DNA of 39,201 bases from an uncultured Oscillospiraceae bacterium. Lineage in GTDB: Bacteria > Bacillota > Clostridia > Saccharofermentanales > UBA5734. The stretch is taken from positions 13,356-52,556 of the forward strand of contig CAZJXH010000001.1 of the NCBI GenBank assembly GCA_964549475.1, read 5' to 3'. The position numbers and the translations under genes are program-made. The notes under the pieces are model-generated. The model was not told the origin of the DNA and ran no database searches. It saw nothing but the letters and a program-made list of their open reading frames with translations. Shown piece after piece: positions 17,954-24,975 of this stretch (positions are counted from its first letter, which is position 1; the number at the start of each line of letters is the position of its first letter).

Positions 17954-18982
17954 TCATTTTTTTCTCAGGCTTTCTTCTGCAGCTTTACCTGTGCTTTCAC
18001 GGATAATCAATTCCGGCTTGACAACGACGTGCTGTATGACCTTGTTGCCTTTATCTTCGATTTTATCAAGCAGAATCCGGATTGCGATGTTCATCATCTC
18101 ATTCGTAGGGTTGGAGATCGTCGAAAGGGATTTATAAAGATAAGAGGTCAGGTAGATATTATCAATTCCGATCACCGAAATGTCTTCCGGTATTTTTCGT
18201 CCGCTTTCATAAATAGCTCTCATTGCGCCAATGGCGACATCGTCATAGGATGCGAAAATGGCGGTTGGCAGTTTGTCTTCCGTGGCAAGAATCTCTTTCA
18301 TGCGCAAATAACCCGCTTCTTCAAACCGCTCTTCTCCCGATTTGATAAAATCATTGTTGATCTTGATTCCATGTTTTTTTAATGCGTCAACAAAGTGCTT
18401 CTGTCTGTCTTTCGTCAGATTCTCGCCGATATAGGCAATGTCCGCATGTCCAAGATCAAGCAGGTGTTCTACTGCAAGTGTCACGCCAAGTTTGTCATCG
18501 AATCGGATGCAGTCATATTCCTCCACTTCAAACACATTGGCCAATTGAATCAGCGGGATGCTGCATCTTGCTTTGAAATTGACAAGCTCCTCTTTGATGC
18601 TGTCATTCATTGTTGTAATAAATACAATTCCATCCACATTTTTCTTTTCAAATAAATCAAGGTAGCGAAGCTCTTCTTCACTTTTAAAGTTTGTGAGTCC
18701 CAGAATCATTGTATAACCGGCTTCTTTGATCTCGACCTCCATGGTATTCACAAGACTGGAGTAAAAGTTGCCTCTGATTTCAGGACAGATGAGGCCAATC
18801 GTTTTAAGGGTCGAGCCACAAAAATACGTTTCATTCTTATTCGAAATATAGTTCAATTCTCTTGCGATTTGAACAATTCGATCCCGTGTGGCCTTTTTGA
18901 TTTCGGAATTGCCGTTCAATGCGCGTGATACCGTTGATACGGTTACCTCTGCTTTTAATGCGATATCTTTTAATGTTGCCAT
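17954..18982 (-). CDS. LacI-family transcriptional regulator
   Basis: HTH TLKDIALKAEVTVSTVSRALN; IPEDISVIGID. Confidence 0.95.
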   Translation of the reverse strand: MATLKDIALKAEVTVSTVSRALNGNSEIKKATRDRIVQIARELNYISNKNETYFCGSTLKTIGLICPEIRGNFYSSLVNTMEVEIKEAGYTMILGLTNFKSEEELRYLDLFEKKNVDGIVFITTMNDSIKEELVNFKARCSIPLIQLANVFEVEEYDCIRFDDKLGVTLAVEHLLDLGHADIAYIGENLTKDRQKHFVDALKKHGIKINNDFIKSGEERFEEAGYLRMKEILATEDKLPTAIFASYDDVAIGAMRAIYESGRKIPEDISVIGIDNIYLTSYLYKSLSTISNPTNEMMNIAIRILLDKIEDKGNKVIQHVVVKPELIIRESTGKAAEESLRKK

Positions 18983-19026
18983 CCATATCCCCCGATTTCG
19001 AATAATATTTGCAATACGATAACTGT

Positions 19027-19054
19027 ATTATAGCAGGTAATAATTATTATGCAA
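19027..19054 (-). promoter_or_regulatory. sigma-A promoter of the lacI-ABC-uroD-like-isomerase operon
   Basis: TTGCAT (19054-19049)-N16-TATAAT (19032-19027) with extended -10 TG. Confidence 0.55.
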
Positions 19055-19353
19055 TACTTTTTCGCAAAAGATTTGAATTATTTTTTGGATTGTATGTGTA
19101 TCTTTTCAATTTTGTTGCCTATTTGGCTTAATATTGGGCCTATTATTCCCATTTTTATTGTATATTAAACATTTTTGTGCTTATTTGCTAGATTGTTTTA
19201 TTAATTTTCCGAAACTTTCCGAAACTATTTTCGTAACTTTGTTTCGAAATAACCGATTTTTTTACTTTGAATCGTAACGGTTCGTTTTCTGCCTCGAATC
19301 GCAGCAGAATTTTGGCGATCGGACACGATTTCATTTTTTTGTAGAACAGCATG

Positions 19354-19392
19354 AAAAAACCTTCGCGGAATTTCATCAGCCGCAAAGGTTTT
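19354..19392 (-). terminator. Intrinsic terminator after the alcohol dehydrogenase gene
   Basis: Minus strand AAAACCTTTGCGG-N11-CCGCGAAGGTTTTTT. Confidence 0.65.
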
Positions 19393-19472
19393 CTCACACT
19401 CCTCCACAAAAACGTCGTTTATTCATTCATTTATGCGTTCATCGATTTACGTATTTACGCATTTTGTTATTT

Positions 19473-20552
19473 TTATACTTGTTCTTGTGTCTTTTTGTAA
19501 TGCTGCATTTCTCCTTCCGGAATAAACATCACTTTGATCGCGCTCTCGTCATTTTGGGAGGAGAACATCTTCTCCCAGTTGTCAATGGTTTCGTAGTGGG
19601 AAATCACGTGATGCAGGTCAATCGAAGTGGATTCCATTCGTTTCAGGGCCTTGTCCCATGCGGTAAAGCTGGAACTGAAATTGAAATACAGATTCAATCC
19701 CTTGTACATCGCAGTATTCCAGAGCAAAGACGCATGATCGGTTTTGCATAGGCCGATGCAGGTGATTCTTCCTCCGATGCGCGCCATGGCAGGCATGCTT
19801 TGTATTCCTGCGGGCGAACCGCTGCTTTCCACAATCAAGTCCGCGCCTTTTCCATCCGTCAGTTCCATGATGCGGACAACGGGATCCGTTTTTTCCACAT
19901 TGATCACCTCATCGGCACCTACTGCAAGAGCGGCTGGAAACCGCACTTTTTCACTTGCGGTCATGCCGGTGACAATCACCTTGGAAGCCCCGCAGGCTTT
20001 GGCGATAAATGCCGATAGAATGCCGATGGGCCCCGCTCCGATGATCACAACGACATCCGAACATTGTATGCCAGCTCTTTCTGTAATCTCGTGGACCACG
20101 ATGGACATCGGTTCCGCCAGTGCGGCAATTTCATAGGGAACGGAATCCGGAATTCGATGGAGCATGTTGGCCGGCATGGTGACATAATCGGTCATTCCAC
20201 CGTTTACTCCCCATCCGGGCGCTCTCCGATGCACACAGAGCTGCACCTTTCCCTCCCGACAGGCGTCGCATATGCCGCAGGAGCCGACTTTCGGTTCGGC
20301 GACCACCCGGTCGCCCACCTTGTATCGTGTGACATTGACTCCGGTTTCAACAATTTCTCCAGCAAATTCATGTCCCAGGACAACAGGCGGCCAGTATCGG
20401 AATTCATCTTTCCAAACGTGTACATCCGTCGCGCAAAGACCGCAGGCTTTTATTTTAATCAGTACATCCTCCGGAGAATGAATGACAGGCTTTTCGATCT
20501 CCCTGACATCCACGAAACCAACTCCTTTGTCATATTTAACAAGTGCGCGCAT
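19473..20552 (-). CDS. Zn-dependent alcohol dehydrogenase (MDR; sorbitol/idonate/threonine dehydrogenase-like)
   Basis: CGLCATD, LGHE, structural-Zn CGICDAC...C, LAEP, GAGPIG. Confidence 0.92.
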   Translation of the reverse strand: MRALVKYDKGVGFVDVREIEKPVIHSPEDVLIKIKACGLCATDVHVWKDEFRYWPPVVLGHEFAGEIVETGVNVTRYKVGDRVVAEPKVGSCGICDACREGKVQLCVHRRAPGWGVNGGMTDYVTMPANMLHRIPDSVPYEIAALAEPMSIVVHEITERAGIQCSDVVVIIGAGPIGILSAFIAKACGASKVIVTGMTASEKVRFPAALAVGADEVINVEKTDPVVRIMELTDGKGADLIVESSGSPAGIQSMPAMARIGGRITCIGLCKTDHASLLWNTAMYKGLNLYFNFSSSFTAWDKALKRMESTSIDLHHVISHYETIDNWEKMFSSQNDESAIKVMFIPEGEMQHYKKTQEQV

Positions 20553-20650
20553 CCCATCCGCCTCCTTTTCTCCCCCTTGATTATTTTGTTTTAATACGCA
20601 AACTATCCTGTCTATCCATTACACGATCCGGACATTATCCGGCATACAGG

Positions 20651-21679
20651 CTATACCAATGGATAATCTTCTATTTTCTGCCAGTTTTCAACAAACTGGG
20701 CCAGTGTTTTCTGAACGACTCCATAGCTTATGAATTCTTCAGGCTTCATTCCGTCCGGTTCAAATGCCCGCACAAATTCCGGGATTGTCCTGAGCCGGTC
20801 AATCACGGCCTTGTCTACCGGATCGTTGATGTGTTGTGCATAAGGTTTTGAAATTTTCGGAAGCAGCATTTGGATTTTCGGATTGATCGACAGGGCCATT
20901 TCCGCTCCGGACAGCGCCTCGACCTGGTATTCGCCGCGCAATCCCGCCGGCATGAGCATCGCCTCAAACCCGTTGCACTTGAAATAATCGTACGCCCGCT
21001 TGATAATCGCCGTACCACATTGGATGATATCACTTTCTAAAACATCAGCTTTGCTGTCATGGGCAACATCGCGGATGTAGTCGTCGGTCCGTCCCACCAT
21101 GACGACAGCGAAACATTTGCCGGGCTTGATTCCAGTTTTTTTCGCCCGCTCAAGACCCATCTGATATCGCTTGCCGATCAGAACCGCCTGCGGCATGGTA
21201 AAGCTTACCGTCGCAGTCACGGTGATCCCCAGCGCGGCGCACTCCTCCAGAACGTCAAGTCCCGCGGCCGTGACAGGTAGTTTGACCGCAACATTGGGGG
21301 CCCAGTCTGCAAGGCGTTTTGCCATTTCAAGCATGAAGCTCCGGTCCGCCGCTTTGCGCGGATCGACCTGTGCACAGACAAATCCCCGGCATCCGTTTGT
21401 CTTTTTATAAATCGGCAAAAACATCTGTGCGATTTTGCAGGTAATGGCCTTGATGATCGCTTCCGCCTTATCTGATTTCTTGCTGTCAGCCGGAATATGC
21501 TTCAGATAGGGCCTCCAATATCCCGGATCTTTATAAATCGCATCTGCAATCAGCACCGGATTGGTCGTGACTCCCTGTGCCCCATGATCCAGTGCGGACT
21601 CTAATTCGGAATGAATCGCCGAATCATTCCACCAGACGCTTCTGGTCTCGCTGGCCAGCCACAGTAAATATTCGTTCAT
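20651..21679 (-). CDS. Transaldolase-family protein (paralog 2)
   Basis: WNDS, GVTTNP, Schiff-base Lys in VAVKLP, VGR. Confidence 0.88.
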   Translation of the reverse strand: MNEYLLWLASETRSVWWNDSAIHSELESALDHGAQGVTTNPVLIADAIYKDPGYWRPYLKHIPADSKKSDKAEAIIKAITCKIAQMFLPIYKKTNGCRGFVCAQVDPRKAADRSFMLEMAKRLADWAPNVAVKLPVTAAGLDVLEECAALGITVTATVSFTMPQAVLIGKRYQMGLERAKKTGIKPGKCFAVVMVGRTDDYIRDVAHDSKADVLESDIIQCGTAIIKRAYDYFKCNGFEAMLMPAGLRGEYQVEALSGAEMALSINPKIQMLLPKISKPYAQHINDPVDKAVIDRLRTIPEFVRAFEPDGMKPEEFISYGVVQKTLAQFVENWQKIEDYPLV

Positions 21680-21739
21680 AATGGTCCCTCCCGGATTTTT
21701 AATTCGTGGTGATGGATAACTAATTGCTTTCGCCTTTCA

Positions 21740-23254
21740 TTATGACGAGGACCCATCCCAGGTATTCACTTTTTCCTGCATCATTTCCTCTTCGTTGAAC
21801 CACCGGGTCGTTACCGTTTTGGATTCCGTGAAGAACCGTATGGCATCCTTGCCATGGCAATGCAAATCGCCGAAGAAAGACATTTTATGACCGGAGAACG
21901 GGAAAATCCCCAGTGGTACCGGAATCCCCACATTGACCCCCACCATGCCGCCGTCTGTACGTCTGGTAAATTCCCGGGCATAATATCCGTTCTGTGTGAA
22001 TATCACCGATCCGTTGGCGAATGGGCTGCCGTTCATCAAAGCAAGTCCCTCCTCGAAATTTTTTACCCGTTTAATACAAAGAACCGGCCCGAATACCTCG
22101 CTGTCCCCGATTGCCATATCCGAAGCGACATGGTCGAAAATCGTATGTCCTATATAGAACCCTTTTTCATAGCCGGGAACCACGCAATCTCTGCCATCCA
22201 GCACAAGTTTCGCTCCCGAGGCGATTCCTTTTTCGATCCATTCGGTGACGAATTTTTTATGTTCTGCTGTGGCGACCGGCCCAAGAACCGTTTCTCTGTC
22301 ATATGCCGGACCGATTTTTTGATTCCTGCATAACCGTACAATCTCTGCCACCAGCTTATCCGCGATTTCTTCCTCGACAACAATGGTCGGCAGAGCCATG
22401 CATCGTTCTCCGGCGCATCCGAATGCCGAGTTGATAATCCCGGCTGCGGTACGGGTGATCGGAGCGTCTTTTAAAACAAGCGCATGGTTCTTCGCTTCGC
22501 AAAGAGCCTGTACCCGTTTTCCATTTGCCGCAGCGGTCGCATAGACATGTTTCCCTACGGAAGTAGAACCTACAAAAGTAATTCCTTTCACATCCGGATG
22601 GCTTAGCAGCAGTTCTGCTTCCTTGCGCGAGCAGGTGACCACATTGATCACACCATCCGGGAAGCCGGCTTTTTTGTACAGCTCTGCTATTTTAAGGGAA
22701 GTCATCGGCGTCGAGCTTGCTGCTTTCAATACATAGGTATTTCCGCATGCGATGGCAAGAGGCGCCATCCATCCCATCGGGATCATGGCAGGAAAGTTCC
22801 ACGGAGCAATACCGGCGAATACGCCCATGGATTCTCTGTAAAGAGTGGTGTCATATCCGACCGAGGTGTTCATCAGGCTTTCCCCCATCATGAGCGTTGG
22901 AATTCCGCAAGCGAACTCTGTCATTTCTTTCGCTTTCAGAACATCCCCCGCCGCTTCATCCCAGGCCTTGCCATTCTCTTTCGCCAGAATCATGGTCAGA
23001 TCATCCATGTTTTCTTCTATCAGATTGCGAAGCCTGAACATCAGTTGCGCTCGTTTATGAGCAGGTGTGGCTGCCCATGTGGGAAAAGCCGCTTTGGCCG
23101 CTGCGATCGCTTTTTCCACTTCCTCTTTCGTACAGCAGGGGGTTCTCGCGATCACCCCGCCGGTACTGGGATCAACAATATCCATGTATTTTTCACTCTT
23201 GGATTCCATATAGGTCCCGTTGATAAATGGTTTCAGTGTAGTAATGTCTGTCAT
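21740..23254 (-). CDS. mmsA: CoA-acylating (methyl)malonate-semialdehyde dehydrogenase (MmsA/IolA)
   Basis: PWNFPAMIP, FVGST, AKNH, catalytic GERCMA, GMVGVNVGIPVP, SFFGDLH. Confidence 0.92.
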   Translation of the reverse strand: MTDITTLKPFINGTYMESKSEKYMDIVDPSTGGVIARTPCCTKEEVEKAIAAAKAAFPTWAATPAHKRAQLMFRLRNLIEENMDDLTMILAKENGKAWDEAAGDVLKAKEMTEFACGIPTLMMGESLMNTSVGYDTTLYRESMGVFAGIAPWNFPAMIPMGWMAPLAIACGNTYVLKAASSTPMTSLKIAELYKKAGFPDGVINVVTCSRKEAELLLSHPDVKGITFVGSTSVGKHVYATAAANGKRVQALCEAKNHALVLKDAPITRTAAGIINSAFGCAGERCMALPTIVVEEEIADKLVAEIVRLCRNQKIGPAYDRETVLGPVATAEHKKFVTEWIEKGIASGAKLVLDGRDCVVPGYEKGFYIGHTIFDHVASDMAIGDSEVFGPVLCIKRVKNFEEGLALMNGSPFANGSVIFTQNGYYAREFTRRTDGGMVGVNVGIPVPLGIFPFSGHKMSFFGDLHCHGKDAIRFFTESKTVTTRWFNEEEMMQEKVNTWDGSSS

Positions 23255-23258
23255 TATA

Positions 23259-23377
23259 TTCCCTCCGTATTGTAAGATTTTAGAAGGAGGAGCATTTCTT
23301 TTGATTTTTAAGAAATGCCTGACGGTTTTATTATGTTTCGAAAAACCGTTTTCCCTCCGTATTATAAAATTTAGAAG
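23259..23377. repeat. Imperfect 27-28-bp direct repeat of an RBS-containing block enclosing two hairpins
   Basis: TTCCCTCCGTATTGTAAGATTTTAGAAG (23259-23286) versus TTCCCTCCGTATTATAAAATTTAGAAG (23351-23377). Confidence 0.65.
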
Positions 23378-23402
23378 ATTTTACAAGAACTGTTTTCTTG
23401 TT

Positions 23403-24455
23403 TTATGTCCAGCGCTGCGAAACGCTTTTGGTTCCAACTGTTTCGAGCATGCTCCAGCCGGTTTCCATGAACTGCGATAACGTCTTTTGCATCACGCCGA
23501 AAGAAATGAAATCTTTCTCGTCCAATCCGTTCTCGTCATATGCCTTTTTGAATTCCTGAATTTGACAAAGCCGTTGAATCACCCGATCGTCCATCGGTTC
23601 GCTGATTCGTTCCACGAAAGGAGGGGATTCGGCCAGAACCATTTTTTGAATTCTGGGATGAAGGGTGAAAACAAATTCTCCGCCGGCAAGCTCTGTCAGA
23701 TGATGGACACTCCTAAGGCCGGCAGGCATGATTTTCGCCTCGAATCCTCTTTTTTCAAATAATTGATGTGTTTTTTTCGTCAATGCATTTCCGGCCTGTG
23801 CGATGATTATTTCCGGAACCCCCAGTTCCAGGTCCGCATTGACATCACGGATATAGTCCTCCAGTCGTCCACCCTGCTGGACGATAAAACAGGGTTTCAC
23901 TCGGATCCCGCCCGCTCTTGCGCGCTCGATTCCCTTCTGATAGGCAAACGCAGCCGCCATGGCCTGCGCCACAGAAAAATTGAGGCTTGCGCAAACGGCG
24001 ACTCCCCGTGCAGCCAATTCCTCGACAACATAAGCCGCCGCTCGCGTCGTTGGAATCTTCACCGCGACATTCTCCGCCCAGGATGCCACCCGAAGGCCTT
24101 GTGCGAGCATTCCCTCCTTATCCCCGGCAAGTGCAGGATTCAATTGTCCAAACGCATATCCATGCTCGCCGTTTGTCGCCAGATAGATTCCGTGGACTTT
24201 ATCTGCCGCATACGTCGCAACAATCCCAAGCAGCGCCTCCGCTCTCATGGACGGCTCTTGTTTTTCCTCCAGCTCGTCTACCATTGGTTTCCAGAATTCG
24301 GGACGGGCTTGCAGCGTCTTGTATGTGAGTACCGGATTGGTTGTAATGCCCAAAGCGCCCATGGCGATTCCCTCGTCAATCTCTTCCGGAATCGCCGAAT
24401 CATGCCACCATTTCGTTTTTGTTTCCTGTGCAAGCCAGGAAAGGTAGTTTGCCAC
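23403..24455 (-). CDS. Transaldolase-family protein (paralog 1)
   Basis: WHDS, GITTNP, VAVKIP, GGR. GTG start behind GGAGG. Confidence 0.88.
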   Translation of the reverse strand: MANYLSWLAQETKTKWWHDSAIPEEIDEGIAMGALGITTNPVLTYKTLQARPEFWKPMVDELEEKQEPSMRAEALLGIVATYAADKVHGIYLATNGEHGYAFGQLNPALAGDKEGMLAQGLRVASWAENVAVKIPTTRAAAYVVEELAARGVAVCASLNFSVAQAMAAAFAYQKGIERARAGGIRVKPCFIVQQGGRLEDYIRDVNADLELGVPEIIIAQAGNALTKKTHQLFEKRGFEAKIMPAGLRSVHHLTELAGGEFVFTLHPRIQKMVLAESPPFVERISEPMDDRVIQRLCQIQEFKKAYDENGLDEKDFISFGVMQKTLSQFMETGWSMLETVGTKSVSQRWT

Positions 24456-24505
24456 AAACTTCCTCCGTTCTATATCGATTTATCCAATGTGGTGTTTTCG
24501 ATTTT

Positions 24506-24534
24506 ATTATAAGGCGCGCCGAATTGCTTGTCAA
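24506..24534 (-). promoter_or_regulatory. Consensus sigma-A promoter of the tal-mmsA-tal-adh operon
   Basis: TTGACA (24534-24529)-N17-TATAAT (24511-24506). Confidence 0.8.
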
Positions 24535-24553
24535 TGAATTTTCATAAATATTT

Positions 24554-24567
24554 TATGTAATTACATA
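24554..24567. promoter_or_regulatory. Palindromic operator TATGTAATTACATA (copy 1)
   Basis: Perfect 14-bp palindrome; the same core recurs at 24903-24922. Confidence 0.65.
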
Positions 24568-24648
24568 CATATTGTAAATTGTTCTCATCTTTATTTCTAT
24601 TGTAACCGCAATTGACAGGCAGCAGGTATTACAGGTTGTGCAATATAG

Positions 24649-24743
24649 GTGCAATATGGGGACGGTTCTTGTGTTGCATTAGCGGAATAGAATGCAACAC
24701 AAGAACCGTCCCCATATTGCACAAGAACCTTTCCCATAGTGCA
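24649..24743. repeat. REP-like long palindrome with an extra degenerate arm copy
   Basis: 32-bp perfect inverted repeat GTGCAATATGGGGACGGTTCTTGTGTTGCATT (24649-24680 / 24691-24722) with a 10-nt loop; degenerate tandem copy of the right arm at 24720-24743. Confidence 0.85.
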
Positions 24744-24786
24744 TTTTCCCCCGCAGGCAATTGTCCCGGAGGCAAAAAAGGCGGAA

Positions 24787-24816
24787 TTGACAGGCGATAG
24801 GTGTTACAGGTATAAT
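24787..24816 (+). promoter_or_regulatory. sigma-A-like promoter upstream of lacI
   Basis: TTGACA (24787-24792)-N18-TATAAT (24811-24816). Confidence 0.55.
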
Positions 24817-24902
24817 AACGGACAAGGATTGCCTTTATTCCTTCATTGTTTTTCAAAATCGACCATCCGGTTCCTTTTTTGGAGACGGAAGATGAATTTT
24901 GA

Positions 24903-24922
24903 ATTTATGTAATTACATAAAT
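24903..24922. promoter_or_regulatory. Palindromic operator ATTTATGTAATTACATAAAT (copy 2)
   Basis: Perfect 20-bp palindrome about 55 bp upstream of the lacI start. Confidence 0.7.
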
Positions 24923-24975
24923 CGGATATGACAGCAATAATACCGTATGGTAATAATGAAAGGTCAGAAGAATAC

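Noticed and set aside
19473-24455. Sulfoquinovose transaldolase (sulfo-TAL) pathway
   Set aside because: The aldehyde dehydrogenase has clear MmsA/IolA signatures rather than being a generic sulfolactaldehyde dehydrogenase, and the GH31 lies in a separate alpha-glucoside module with a WWIDW motif. Used only as an analogy.
23763-24512. Long antisense ORFs (249 aa here; also 5563-6273, 34131-34781 and others)
   Set aside because: They lie opposite well-supported genes, lack RBSs and motifs, and are expected shadows at this GC content.
24610-24816. CRISPR array
   Set aside because: The repeats are inverted arms and one imperfect direct pair, not regularly spaced direct repeats with unique spacers, and there are no cas genes in the window.
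24612-24856. Small ORFs across the palindrome region
   Set aside because: TTG starts without a convincing RBS; they are translations of repeat sequence.
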